A DNA stretch of 64,000 nucleotides from the NCBI GenBank assembly GCA_039809245.1, contig JBDHUP010000004.1, forward strand, positions 12,599 to 76,598, read 5' to 3'. Positions 1-9,864 of the stretch are shown here, piece by piece. The notes beneath the pieces are model-generated. The model was not told the DNA's origin. It saw nothing but the letters and a program-made list of their open reading frames with translations, and did no database searches. The stretch is from Minisyncoccia bacterium. GTDB lineage: Bacteria; Patescibacteriota; Minisyncoccia; Phycocordibacterales; UBA9973. Numbering within the stretch: the first letter of the stretch is position 1; each line of letters opens with the position of its first letter. Both the position numbers and the translations under genes were made by a program.

Positions 1-184
1 CATATACTAATCGATATTCCTTCGCATGCAGCATCCTTTTACCCTACACCTTTCTTATTCCCAATATCCGAGTATAAATTCTTGCACGGAGTTTCATGGG
101 GAAACAAATGGTATATGATTATAAATTATTCACTTTTATTATTAGTTTCATTATATTTTTTCACCAGAAAAAAGACGAGACCCG

Positions 185-700
185 ATGAGCAGAAATAAAA
201 AAGTTGTTGTAAATGATAAATTTCAACGAAAATATTCTTATATATTAAGTGCACCAATTGGTAAAGAATTTGATCCAGAATTTAAACCAGACTTAACCCC
301 AAAACAAATGCTAGAACTTGGAGTTTTTGATGGATTCTATGTAGATAATAGTTACTTAAAAGAATTTCCTAAAAGTTGGTTTATTAAAGCGAAACTAGCA
401 AAAGATAAGCCGGATCCAGAACTTAACTATTTTAAAATTCATGCTAGTCAGCCACTGTCCGTTTGGAAAAAGAACGGTTGGATATATAAAGATGACCCTA
501 GAGGTTGGTTCCAGTGGTATTGTAGATACTACATGGGTCGTCGTATACCAAAGGAGGATAAGCGCCAAATAAAGCGCTGGAAGGCTATAAGACGCCACAT
601 AGGACAAATAGTAGCTAACTGTAGGCCTCAGGATATAAACTGCCGTCCTCGCCAACGCCAAGCCTTATTACATTGGGCATATGACACCAGAAAAATATAA
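185..700 (+). CDS. conserved hypothetical protein (171 aa, basic C-terminus, WFQWYCRYYMGRR motif)
   Basis: Intact ORF with a conserved-looking tryptophan/arginine-rich core. Family not recognised with confidence. Confidence 0.45.
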   Translation: MSRNKKVVVNDKFQRKYSYILSAPIGKEFDPEFKPDLTPKQMLELGVFDGFYVDNSYLKEFPKSWFIKAKLAKDKPDPELNYFKIHASQPLSVWKKNGWIYKDDPRGWFQWYCRYYMGRRIPKEDKRQIKRWKAIRRHIGQIVANCRPQDINCRPRQRQALLHWAYDTRKI

Positions 701-701
701 A

Positions 702-1277
702 TTATTTCTTCGGGAAAATCGAATCGATCAATAAATCTTTATTAGTGTGTTTTTCAGCTGAGTAGGGAATTATTAAATGATTACCGGCAATTTTCTTAAT
801 TTCATTTAGACACTTCTGTTTTTCGCTTAGGTTAAGCTTATCAATTTTGTTTACTACGATAATTATATCTTTATCATGATTAATTAATGCATCATACATT
901 TCCAAATCTTTATCAGTCATACCTGTACGCCCGTCGATAATAAGCACAACTTTATACTGAGGAATACCTGATTCAAATAAGTACCAACGAATACGGTCAG
1001 TTATTAATTCCTTCGCATCAAAAGATCCTCTAGCATATCCATAACCTGGTAAGTCTACTAAATAAAACTTATTATTTAGTATGAATAAATTTATCTCTTG
1101 AGTACGGCCGGCGGTAGAACTTGATCGTGCTAATTTTTTATTATTGGTAATGGAGTTAATAACACTAGATTTACCAACGTTTGAGCGCCCAATAAAGGCC
1201 ACTTGGGGTAGGTCGTCATTAACCATATTTTCACTATTTGTCACTCCTCGGACAAAATCTGCAGACGTAATCTTCAT
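702..1277 (-). CDS. engB: ribosome biogenesis GTP-binding protein EngB/YsxC
   Basis: P-loop GRSNVGKSS and DxxG, and overall EngB-like layout. Confidence 0.88.
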   Translation of the reverse strand: MKITSADFVRGVTNSENMVNDDLPQVAFIGRSNVGKSSVINSITNNKKLARSSSTAGRTQEINLFILNNKFYLVDLPGYGYARGSFDAKELITDRIRWYLFESGIPQYKVVLIIDGRTGMTDKDLEMYDALINHDKDIIIVVNKIDKLNLSEKQKCLNEIKKIAGNHLIIPYSAEKHTNKDLLIDSIFPKK

Positions 1278-1343
1278 AGAATGATTATATCAGATAATGT
1301 AGTTAATAGTGATTGTATTAATTTAGAATGCTATAATGTTTAA

Positions 1344-1955
1344 ATGAAGTTAATTACTAAAAATAAAGCAGTAATCCTAGCCTTCTTGATCTTAGCGATT
1401 TTAATATTTTACAGTTATAAGATAGAAAAAAACAAAAGGGATAAATTTGAAACACTAAATAGAAACATAGCCAGCCTTGCTGAAACAACACCATCAAGAA
1501 TAAATCAATCCGTTGTTACTTTGCCAGAGGGGAATATTCTTATCGGTTTGAAAGATGGTTATGCTACTTACACACCACTAAGTAAAGGTAAGGGGGAAGT
1601 TAAAATTTTTGATAGTTTAGTTAAAACCCATATGCTAAGAGGTGTCTACAAAGAAACTTCCCCTAGACTCGACGCCTTAGTTCCTATGTCAGTAACTGGT
1701 GATTCGTATGATAATGGTTCATTATACATAGTCCTGTTCCAAGATAGGGGAAACGCTGCAATTGAAAAATCTCACGCAAGACTAGGAGGAATCGATGTTT
1801 CCGTAGAAAGTATAATAACATTACCAACAGATGGTAAAATTGATAAAGAAGAGTATCAAGTATCTATAAAGTATCTACAGAAGGGAATAGAAAAGGAGTT
1901 AATTATACCTGTAATAGACGGACGTTTTTACCCAGACGGAGCAACATCTAGATAG
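1344..1955 (+). CDS. hypothetical membrane-anchored protein
   Basis: N-terminal transmembrane helix followed by a soluble domain. No recognisable family. Confidence 0.45.
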   Translation: MKLITKNKAVILAFLILAILIFYSYKIEKNKRDKFETLNRNIASLAETTPSRINQSVVTLPEGNILIGLKDGYATYTPLSKGKGEVKIFDSLVKTHMLRGVYKETSPRLDALVPMSVTGDSYDNGSLYIVLFQDRGNAAIEKSHARLGGIDVSVESIITLPTDGKIDKEEYQVSIKYLQKGIEKELIIPVIDGRFYPDGATSR

Positions 1956-1990
1956 AAAAAGCTATTAATTTTATGATATAATATTCTCAT

Positions 1991-2611
1991 ATGAAACAAG
2001 AAAGATTGGAAGCTCTAACAGATAGTATCTTTGCTATTGTTATGACCATTTTGGTTTTCGAGATAAGGGTACCAGACACATTAAGATATGTCACAGATCA
2101 AACGCTTGCAAATGCAGTATTTGCTATTTATCCATTGTTCTTTAGTTATCTTTTAAGTTTTTCACTTTTATTTACATACTGGAGAGCTCATCATTACATA
2201 GTTTCTGCTCTTGCAAAAAATGTAGATATACGCCTGTCTAACCTTAGTGCTTTATTTTTTTTCTTTGTCGGACTCGTCCCATTCTCAGCTCACTTGTTAG
2301 GAGTATATAGTCACACTAAATTTGCAATAGCTTTATTTGGTATCAATATAATACTTATAGGTATGTCACTATGGATAATGAGAAGATATGTTATTAAATC
2401 TGCATCTATTGAAAATGCTCCTTTTACAAAAACAGAAAATGAACATGCCAATATGCGCATATTATTACCAGTAGTAGCAGCAATCATTGCCATTGCCGTT
2501 TCATTCTTCCATAAAGAGATAGCTTTAATATTCTTCACAATCGCAATTATATTTAACTTATCACGAAGAAGTACTAGATATATGTTTAATATAATAAACG
2601 CATTTCGTTAA
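1991..2611 (+). CDS. DUF1211/TMEM175-family membrane protein (putative K+ channel)
   Basis: N-terminal RLEALTDSIFAIVMTILV signature typical of DUF1211/TMEM175, with multiple transmembrane helices. Confidence 0.7.
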   Translation: MKQERLEALTDSIFAIVMTILVFEIRVPDTLRYVTDQTLANAVFAIYPLFFSYLLSFSLLFTYWRAHHYIVSALAKNVDIRLSNLSALFFFFVGLVPFSAHLLGVYSHTKFAIALFGINIILIGMSLWIMRRYVIKSASIENAPFTKTENEHANMRILLPVVAAIIAIAVSFFHKEIALIFFTIAIIFNLSRRSTRYMFNIINAFR

Positions 2612-2626
2612 TATAAACATATAAAA

Positions 2627-3169
2627 ATGAAAAAAATACTAATTATAATTCTCATAGTTGTTATTGCTGTATTCATTGGGAGTAAGCTTATTCCAAATAG
2701 TAAAAATATTAATACTCCAATACAAGAAGAAGGTAATAATGTATCAAAAGAAATAGATACCCCAATAAAAGAACAACCAGTAGCATGTACCATGGATGCA
2801 AAAGAGTGTCCTGATGGATCTTATGTGGAAAGAGTTGGACCTAAGTGCGAGTTTGCTATGTGTCCAACTCCTACAACTAACTCAACGACAGCATCAATAA
2901 ACCAATCTATATTTAATAATGGTGTATATATAAAACCTCTTGAAGTCCTAGAGGATAGTAGATGTCCTACAGGTGCAAACTGTATATGGGTGGGCACAGT
3001 AAAAATTAGAGCTAAATTATCGACAAATGATATTAGTCAAGAAATAATTTTAACACTCAATGAACCTTCATCTTTTGAAAATAAAAAAGTAACTCTAATA
3101 GGAGTTAGTCCAGAGTCAAATGGTAAACTGAAACCTTCAGATTATAAATTTACATTCTCTGTGAAGTAA
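2627..3169 (+). CDS. secreted Cys-containing hypothetical protein
   Basis: Signal-anchor N-terminus and several Cys pairs. No family call. Confidence 0.45.
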   Translation: MKKILIIILIVVIAVFIGSKLIPNSKNINTPIQEEGNNVSKEIDTPIKEQPVACTMDAKECPDGSYVERVGPKCEFAMCPTPTTNSTTASINQSIFNNGVYIKPLEVLEDSRCPTGANCIWVGTVKIRAKLSTNDISQEIILTLNEPSSFENKKVTLIGVSPESNGKLKPSDYKFTFSVK

Positions 3170-3172
3170 ATA

Positions 3173-3331
3173 CTATCTTTTCTTCTCTCGCCAATCGTAC
3201 TCTTCCTCTTCATCATCATTCTTATCTATAATAGGAGTACCACACTGAGCACAATGCGTATCATATGAGCGCAAGCCACAACGAGGACATACTGGGTCAC
3301 TTTTTTCTGTTTGTTCTATTTCTTCTTCCAT
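3173..3331 (-). CDS. small zinc-ribbon protein (52 aa, CPRCG...CAQCG)
   Basis: ORF hand-translated on the minus strand: MEEEIEQTEKSDPVCPRCGLRSYDTHCAQCGTPIIDKNDDEEEEYDWREKKR. It has two CxxC pairs and an acidic tail. It was missed by the ORF track because it is shorter than 60 aa. Confidence 0.4.
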   Translation of the reverse strand: MEEEIEQTEKSDPVCPRCGLRSYDTHCAQCGTPIIDKNDDEEEEYDWREKKR

Positions 3332-3480
3332 AGACAACTATTATACTATACTTTTATTTTTACAAAAATGTTATAATCTTCTCATTATTAGTAAACATTT
3401 TCTAAAATATCTATGGCAAAAGGAATGGGTGCGAGAAAAGAAAAGAAAAAACCAAAAGCTGCAAAGAAAAAGTAGCAAAC

Positions 3481-3512
3481 AAAAATCCCCACATTGCTGT
3501 GGGGATTTTTGT
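3481..3512. terminator. bidirectional rho-independent terminator
   Basis: Hairpin tccccaca-ttgc-tgtgggga flanked by an A-run and a T-run, downstream of the csp gene. Confidence 0.55.
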
Positions 3513-3521
3513 TTGCGTGTA

Positions 3522-3719
3522 TTATGCGCGTTGTACGTTTACAGCACTAGGTCCCTTTGCAGTTTCCTCAGTGTCAAAAGTAACAGCATCACCTTCACGT
3601 AGTTCGTCGAACTGAACGTTTACAAGAGAATTACTGTGGAAGAATAAATCCTTCGCAAGTCCTTCTGCTGTGATGAAACCGAAACCTTTATCAGTAAGCT
3701 TTTTTATTGAGCCAGTCAT
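3522..3719 (-). CDS. cspA: cold-shock protein, CspA family
   Basis: MTGSIKKLTDKGFGFI cold-shock domain with RNP1 motif. The longer track ORF (to 3812) is an upstream extension; Met32 is the likely start. Confidence 0.88.
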   Translation of the reverse strand: MTGSIKKLTDKGFGFITAEGLAKDLFFHSNSLVNVQFDELREGDAVTFDTEETAKGPSAVNVQRA

Positions 3720-3803
3720 GATTTTGATTAAGATAAATGATAAATATAAATAAGATAAATGTTCGAAAGTCGACTCTTCTAGAAGATACCCCTTATGCCC
3801 ACT

Positions 3804-3832
3804 ATAGTACAATTTCTTGAATTTTTTGTCAA
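3804..3832 (-). promoter_or_regulatory. sigma70-like promoter for csp (TTGACA-17-TACTAT)
   Basis: Near-consensus -35 and -10 elements with 17-nt spacing, about 80 nt upstream of the csp start. A long 5'UTR is typical for cold-shock genes. Confidence 0.45.
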
Positions 3833-3992
3833 TAGATTTATTTTAAAATGACTATAAATATTGACAAAATAAGCTACAAATGCTATTCTATACTCGTTGA
3901 AATACTCCGAAGTTACGTGTATATAAGTGTTTCAATTCATTGCACCAACTAGGCGCAATTATTTATTTTTGAAACACGTAAAACATAATATT

Positions 3993-5312
3993 ATGCCAAC
4001 TTATAGCAAACAAGCTCCAAAACGGAGCTCATATTCATCTGGTTCAAAGCAAGCCCCTAGAGGCCATTTTGGCGGTTCTAAGAGCCCATTTCCACCGTCT
4101 AAAGCTTCCTCATCACGACCAGCTTTCAGGACAGGGAATAAGCCATCCTTCGGGAGAGGTCGCCCATCAGGAGGAAATAATAGAAAGAGGAAAGGTAATT
4201 CATTTGAGCGTATTGATGTATCTAGATTTATTAGTAAAGCAACAATTGTTGAGAAAGAAGAGATATATCTCCCAACTCATACATTCAGTGATTTTGCTAT
4301 TGATGAGCGTTTAAAAACAGCTATCGCTAATAAGCAATATATTTATCCAAGTCCAATTCAGGATAAGGCTATACCACATGCTCTTCTTGGGCGTGATATT
4401 TTGGGTATTGCAAACACTGGTACAGGTAAGACTGCTGCTTTCTTAATACCTATTATTAATAAAATTCTAAAGAATCCTAAGGAGACTGCTATTATTATAG
4501 CCCCAACTCGAGAACTTGCACTTCAGATTGATAAAGAGTTTATAGAGTTCACACGTGGTATGAAAATGTGGTCAGTAGGGTGTGTAGGAGGAGCGCCGAT
4601 ATCTGCCCAGATTAAAAATTTACGTCGTGGATGCAACATTGTTATCGGTACACCAGGAAGGTTACTAGATCTAGTAAAGCGTAAAGAGATCGATCTTTCA
4701 GATACTCGCAGTATCGTTCTAGATGAAGCTGATAGAATGCTAGATATGGGATTTATAGATGATATAACTTATCTACTTGAGAAAACTGATAAAGAACGTC
4801 AGAGTTTCTTCTTCTCTGCAACATTACCAAAACCGATTGAAACTCTTATTGGTAAATTCTCAAATGACCCAGTTCGAGTAGTTGTGAAAACTAGAGACAC
4901 TTCAAAGAACGTAGAGCAAGATGTAGTTAGAGTTGCTCGGGGAGTAGATAAAATAGATGTTTTATCTGAATTACTCTCTGGTTCTGAATTTAAAAAAGTT
5001 GTAATCTTCTCTGAAATGAAACATGCTGTAGAAAAATTATCAAACGAATTAGTTAAGAGGGGATTTAAAGCAGGTTCAATTCATGGTGATAAGCGCCACA
5101 ATGAACGCCAAAGAACTCTTAAACGCTTCAAGGATGATGATCTAAACATCCTAGTTGCTACAGATGTAGCTGCACGCGGACTAGATATTCCAGATGTAAC
5201 TCATGTTATAAACTATGAGATACCACAAACATATGACACTTATGTCCACCGTATCGGCCGAACAGGCCGTGCAAATAAAAAAGGTATGGCTCTAACATTT
5301 GTGAATTCATAA
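3993..5312 (+). CDS. DEAD-box ATP-dependent RNA helicase with an RG/S-rich N-terminal extension
   Basis: Q motif, AxTGTGKT, PTRELA, DEAD (VLDEADRMLDMGF), SAT, and HRIGRTGR. The true start is probably at MPTYSK. Confidence 0.9.
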   Translation: MPTYSKQAPKRSSYSSGSKQAPRGHFGGSKSPFPPSKASSSRPAFRTGNKPSFGRGRPSGGNNRKRKGNSFERIDVSRFISKATIVEKEEIYLPTHTFSDFAIDERLKTAIANKQYIYPSPIQDKAIPHALLGRDILGIANTGTGKTAAFLIPIINKILKNPKETAIIIAPTRELALQIDKEFIEFTRGMKMWSVGCVGGAPISAQIKNLRRGCNIVIGTPGRLLDLVKRKEIDLSDTRSIVLDEADRMLDMGFIDDITYLLEKTDKERQSFFFSATLPKPIETLIGKFSNDPVRVVVKTRDTSKNVEQDVVRVARGVDKIDVLSELLSGSEFKKVVIFSEMKHAVEKLSNELVKRGFKAGSIHGDKRHNERQRTLKRFKDDDLNILVATDVAARGLDIPDVTHVINYEIPQTYDTYVHRIGRTGRANKKGMALTFVNS

Positions 5313-5326
5313 TTAAAATAAAATAT

Positions 5327-5358
5327 AAAACACCCATAAATTAATTTATGGGTGTTTT
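5327..5358. terminator. rho-independent terminator
   Basis: aaaacacccataaa-ttaa-tttatgggtgtttt hairpin. Confidence 0.55.
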
Positions 5359-5383
5359 ATATTTACGGCTCTGTCTTTGTTTT

Positions 5384-6811
5384 TTATAGGTTAGTTACAA
5401 AGATATTTTCATTTGATAGAGATGAATTACTAGAACCATCTTCTGATTTAATTACGAAGTAGTATAGAGTACTTGAATTAAGACCAGTAATTTCTAGTGA
5501 GTGTTCTGTTTTCAAAGTTTTATCTCCTACACTAGATGTAGAACCTAGATTCACATCAACCGGTGTATTAAGAGAATAAAATACTTCTGAAGTTGCGGGC
5601 TCGTTTGTCATCCATGTAATTGTACTACCTGAAGCTGAAACTTTTGTAGCTATATTACTAATTATAGGTGCAACAGTGTCAGTAGGATTTTCAGTAACAG
5701 TTATTTCCATTGATGAACTAGTTTTCTGGCCCTTACTATTTTCAACTGTAAAGTTTGCAGTGTATATTCCTGCTTTATTATATACATGTTCAAATGTTGA
5801 ACTTTGAATAAATATTGGCTGTTTAACTGAAAGTGCTTTTACAAACAAGTCATCGCCCCAATCTACTGAATAAGTAAGTGAATCATTGTTTGGATCATAA
5901 GCATTTACTTTAACAGTCTCAGTTTGTCCTACCACAACAGTTTTTGAGCCTGATAGACTTGTAATAACTGGAGAATTATCTGTAGATGCTGGTGTAGTGA
6001 ATGAAATCTCAGATGATATAGTTCTTCCATTCTTATTTGCTGAACCTACTACTACATAGTAAGTAGTTGATGGTTCAAGTCTATTTAGATTCATTTTGTG
6101 ATTTAGAACTTTACCGTGGTTACCTTTATTGGCTTTGATGTTTGTATTTACTGGAGAAGTAGTACTAATCCATAGCATACTTGAAGAACGGACATCTGTA
6201 TTCCATACTACTTTTGCATTATGGACCTTAACAGATTCAATAGATAAGTTACTTATGACTGGTAGACTAGCAGATTCACTTGTTACGTAAACTGTAACCG
6301 TTGAATTAGCTTTTTCTCCTGTACTATTACTTACTGTAAACTTTACAGTATATGCACCTTTATTTTGATAAGTGTGGGTAAATGTACTTGTCTGTACGAA
6401 AGCCTCTTGAGACATTCTTGAGAAGAGCTGTGAATCTTCATCGCCCCAATCTACTGAGTAGCTAAGACTTCCATTGTTTGGATCTGAAGCATTAACTTTC
6501 CATGTACCTTCCTGTCCAACTTTTAGGACAGTTGGAGCTGTTATACCAGAAATGTTTAATCCTGTACTAGCTAATGTTGAAGAATGAGATCTCTCTCCAA
6601 ACCAACCAGACAATCTCTTGAAAAAACCATGCTCATCGGAATCTTCGTCTTTATTTTTATTTAATTTTACTTTTGTACTTTGTTTTACTTCTATTTTATT
6701 TTCATTTTTATCATTATCAGCAAAACTTAATGATGGGATAGTTACAAGGACTAAAGCCATAATCAAACCTGTTGCTAATAATCTATTCTTTTGATTTTTA
6801 ATGTTTTTCAT
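5384..6811 (-). CDS. secreted protein with tandem PKD-like and Fn3-like repeats
   Basis: Signal peptide. Repeated motif SYSVDWGDxxS occurs twice, with Fn3-like beta-rich repeats. Confidence 0.6.
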   Translation of the reverse strand: MKNIKNQKNRLLATGLIMALVLVTIPSLSFADNDKNENKIEVKQSTKVKLNKNKDEDSDEHGFFKRLSGWFGERSHSSTLASTGLNISGITAPTVLKVGQEGTWKVNASDPNNGSLSYSVDWGDEDSQLFSRMSQEAFVQTSTFTHTYQNKGAYTVKFTVSNSTGEKANSTVTVYVTSESASLPVISNLSIESVKVHNAKVVWNTDVRSSSMLWISTTSPVNTNIKANKGNHGKVLNHKMNLNRLEPSTTYYVVVGSANKNGRTISSEISFTTPASTDNSPVITSLSGSKTVVVGQTETVKVNAYDPNNDSLTYSVDWGDDLFVKALSVKQPIFIQSSTFEHVYNKAGIYTANFTVENSKGQKTSSSMEITVTENPTDTVAPIISNIATKVSASGSTITWMTNEPATSEVFYSLNTPVDVNLGSTSSVGDKTLKTEHSLEITGLNSSTLYYFVIKSEDGSSNSSLSNENIFVTNL

Positions 6812-6995
6812 ATATAATTATTTAACTTACATTTAACTAATAATTTATTGTTTAGGTGTGTGGTGCCCAAGCAATACGACCGACATATAGGTAGACGTTA
6901 GTAAGTCCTGACTTCTTACCTAGACATTAATACTTTTATGTTGTATTTTTACATATGAGACATGTAAGAAATACTCAATTTGAACGTCTCAGTTT

Positions 6996-7526
6996 ATGAA
7001 AGTTAATATCACACACATATTTGAAAATATATACAAGAAAGAATCTGATGCTATTTTTAGGTTTTGTTTCATGCGAGTATCCGATAGGGAACAAGCTTTA
7101 GATATAACTCAAGAAACTTTTACTAGATTCTGGCAGAAACTACAGAAAGACGAGGATATTCAGAACAACCGAGCTTTTATTTTTATGATTGCCAGAAATC
7201 TTATAATTGACTGGTATCGTAAGAAAAAAGCTATTTCTTTAGATAAAATGATTGAAAATGATTTAGAAGATACACCTTACTTCACAGTTGATGATTCTAG
7301 TATAGATAATCTTGAATTAGGGCCAGAAGGTAGATATGTATTAGATAAAGTTAACGAACTATCTCCGAGCGCGAGAGACCCAATATATATGAGATTTGTG
7401 GAAGGATTATCACCAAGTGAAATAGGTGAGATACTGGGAATATCAACAAATGCTGCTTCGGTAAGAATAAATAGAGGACTAATAGAGCTAAAGAAAAAGA
7501 CGGGATATAATGATAATGTAAAATAA
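6996..7526 (+). CDS. RNA polymerase sigma factor, ECF (sigma-70 family) subfamily
   Basis: Region 2 (FxRFWQKL, DWYRKKK) and region 4 HTH. About 176 aa. Confidence 0.85.
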   Translation: MKVNITHIFENIYKKESDAIFRFCFMRVSDREQALDITQETFTRFWQKLQKDEDIQNNRAFIFMIARNLIIDWYRKKKAISLDKMIENDLEDTPYFTVDDSSIDNLELGPEGRYVLDKVNELSPSARDPIYMRFVEGLSPSEIGEILGISTNAASVRINRGLIELKKKTGYNDNVK

Positions 7527-7531
7527 ATAAA

Positions 7532-8584
7532 ATGAAAAACATAAATTGGAATAAAGGTTTGAAACAATTAAAGAATATTAAAATGACTGATACTGAAAAA
7601 GATCAGATCTTTAAGAGTGTCATGAACTACCCACTTCCTAAACAATCTCCTATAAAGAGTAACTGGGTGACTTATAGTCAGATCTTTGCGTTCAAAAAAC
7701 ATAAAATGGCTTACTACACAGTTATAGCTTCTTTAATAGTTATATTAAGTGGACAAGGGATAGTGTACGCTTCTCAGGATTCACTTCCAGGTGATATCCT
7801 ATATCCTGTAAAAATTAAAGTCCTTGAGCCAGTTCGTAGCGCTTTAACTCTATCAACAGAAGCAAAAGCTGAGTATGAGAGTAACCTTGCAACCAAACGC
7901 CTAGAGGAAGCAGAGAAACTTGCTTCAAATAATAAACTGGATAAGGATACAGAAAAGAGAATTAGTGAATTGGTAAAGAACCATACATCAGCCCTTGATA
8001 ATGATTTAAGTAGATTAAATAAAAGTAGTAAGAATAAGAAAGAAAAAGTTGATGATATTGTCACAAACTTCCAAGCAGGAATGAACGCCCATTCACAAGT
8101 ATTAGAAGAGATACTAGGTTCTAATGATTATATTGAAAATGAATCAGAAGATGATTCTATTTCTAAAACAGCTAGAGATAGTGGAAATAAAGTAAGACAA
8201 AACTATAGAAATGATGATCATGATTTGAAGAAGTATAAATTCAAGAAAGAATCAGTAGAATCAATAATAAATTCTACAACAAAAGATATCGAAAATATTA
8301 AAGACAATCGTTCAAAAGCAAAACAGAATGTAATAGAAAATACTCACAAAAAGCTAGATCAAGCAAAAGAATTATTAAAGAATGCTGATGATAAGAATGA
8401 AAAATCTGACAATGAGAATGCTTACAATGATTTATTGGATTCAGAAAGTTCTGCGAAGGAAGCAAATATTTTCTTAAATGTTGGTTTAAAAATAGAAGAT
8501 CACAGGAACAATAATAAGGAGCATAATGATGATAGTAAATCAGAAAGTAGAGAAGTTAGATCATTCTTAGATAATAATGATTAA
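7532..8584 (+). CDS. putative anti-sigma factor (DUF5667-like, single-pass membrane protein)
   Basis: Lies immediately downstream of the ECF sigma gene. Has one transmembrane helix and the LPGDILYPVKIK motif typical of DUF5667, followed by a long charged coiled region. Confidence 0.55.
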   Translation: MKNINWNKGLKQLKNIKMTDTEKDQIFKSVMNYPLPKQSPIKSNWVTYSQIFAFKKHKMAYYTVIASLIVILSGQGIVYASQDSLPGDILYPVKIKVLEPVRSALTLSTEAKAEYESNLATKRLEEAEKLASNNKLDKDTEKRISELVKNHTSALDNDLSRLNKSSKNKKEKVDDIVTNFQAGMNAHSQVLEEILGSNDYIENESEDDSISKTARDSGNKVRQNYRNDDHDLKKYKFKKESVESIINSTTKDIENIKDNRSKAKQNVIENTHKKLDQAKELLKNADDKNEKSDNENAYNDLLDSESSAKEANIFLNVGLKIEDHRNNNKEHNDDSKSESREVRSFLDNND

Positions 8585-8653
8585 AAAAACAGAGTCCGCA
8601 ATTGCGAACCCTGTAAGTATAGCCATGAGAGAAAGTTAAGTAAATTAAAATAA

Positions 8654-8923
8654 TTATTTTTTCCCGAATCTTCGGATACTGTCAAAATTTACAACCAGTG
8701 CATAAATCTCTTTACCTGAACTAACCTCTATGGCTTTCTGATATTTTGTAATATTTTTTTTATCAACTTTTCTTACATCAAAAGATGTAATTTTTACAGT
8801 TGGTTTTTGAGAAATGCTTTTTGATTTAAACAAGTTTATGAAGCTTGTTAAATGAATAGGGGATTGCCCATTCACATTTATCGCTATTATCATAACAATA
8901 AATAAGACAATAATCTTTCTCAT
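8654..8923 (-). CDS. small secreted hypothetical protein
   Basis: Signal peptide. No family. Confidence 0.4.
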   Translation of the reverse strand: MRKIIVLFIVMIIAINVNGQSPIHLTSFINLFKSKSISQKPTVKITSFDVRKVDKKNITKYQKAIEVSSGKEIYALVVNFDSIRRFGKK

Positions 8924-9017
8924 AATGATTAAGGTTGTTTTAGTTGTTTACCAAAAAATATTTCCAATAAAAAGAACTATTTACATTAAACCACCATTTA
9001 CATAACAATGTAAATAC

Positions 9018-9046
9018 TTGACATTACAACTAATAACAGTTATAAA
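9018..9046 (+). promoter_or_regulatory. consensus sigma70 promoter (TTGACA-17-TATAAA)
   Basis: Perfect -35, 17-nt spacer and good -10. An 8-bp inverted repeat ATTTACAT-AACA-ATGTAAAT sits just upstream at 8993-9012. Confidence 0.5.
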
Positions 9047-9098
9047 TCATATAGGTTCCCAAACAACTATTTACTGACCTTTAAAAATTTTATTATTT

Positions 9099-9233
9099 AT
9101 GAGAAAACTATTTTTTTCATTACTTAAACTATTAACTCCAGAAAAAAAGAAAGCTCCTCAGAAGAATAAGGGGTCTAAGAAAAATTTCAGAGACGGTGCT
9201 GTTTTCATGGGACAAACACATTGGAAAAGATAA
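9099..9233 (+). CDS. small ORF (44 aa, MRKLFFSLLKLLTPEKKKAPQKNKGSKKNFRDGAVFMGQTHWKR)
   Basis: Lies between a strong promoter and a strong terminator. Could instead be a noncoding RNA. Confidence 0.3.
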   Translation: MRKLFFSLLKLLTPEKKKAPQKNKGSKKNFRDGAVFMGQTHWKR

Positions 9234-9247
9234 TCTCTTTTCCGCAA

Positions 9248-9280
9248 GGCAGGTTTATATACATAAACCTGCCTTTTTTA
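9248..9280 (+). terminator. rho-independent terminator
   Basis: ggcaggttta-loop-taaacctgcc followed by TTTTTT. Confidence 0.6.
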
Positions 9281-9366
9281 TTTAATAATTAATAATATTG
9301 ACTATTCTTAATTTAATATGTAATCTTAAAATAAGAAACCATATTGCTCATCTTAAAACTAAAGTT

Positions 9367-9864
9367 ATGCCTATAAAAGGAAAAGTATACGCAAGTCCAT
9401 ATGATCATAGAGTTGAGAATATGGAAGTTGGATCTAGTGGATATATCCACGAAAACCAATTAACTATCACAAAGCCTGCAATTTTTATGGATATTCTTTC
9501 TTCTATAATCCCGTGCGATGACACTGATAACGACGAACCAGGATTTATACCAATAAAAAGAATTGGTGCTGGACTTACAGAGTCAGATTTTGAGTTAGAT
9601 TTCGAAAGTGCCATCGATTACGATCTAACATATGAACCACAGGGAGTATATCTTGACTTTATGAAAGAAAAAGAAAGATACGTAATTTTTACAGAGTTCG
9701 AAATCTGTTTACAGTTCAATACTAATAAGGAGACTCCTGAAGAGAAGTTAGATAGACTAAAAGATGAACTTGAGAAAGCAAACTCTGCAGAAGATTTCGA
9801 GATGTCAATTGTATTAAGAAATGATATTGAGAAGTTAGAAGAAGAATTAAAGAATAAAAAATAA
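9367..9864 (+). CDS. hypothetical protein with acidic coiled-coil C-terminus
   Basis: ORF. The start is probably at MPIKGK; the track ORF begins at 9298. Confidence 0.45.
   Translation: MPIKGKVYASPYDHRVENMEVGSSGYIHENQLTITKPAIFMDILSSIIPCDDTDNDEPGFIPIKRIGAGLTESDFELDFESAIDYDLTYEPQGVYLDFMKEKERYVIFTEFEICLQFNTNKETPEEKLDRLKDELEKANSAEDFEMSIVLRNDIEKLEEELKNKK

Noticed and set aside
3413-3475. 20-codon lysine-rich ORF (MAKGMGARKEKKKPKAAKKK) downstream of an extended -10 box
   Set aside because: Too short, with no RBS. It could be a leader peptide or part of a noncoding RNA. The evidence is insufficient to call it a gene.
3720-3812. N-terminal 31-aa extension of the csp ORF
   Set aside because: The cold-shock domain begins at MTGSIKK. 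The extension covers the promoter and leader.
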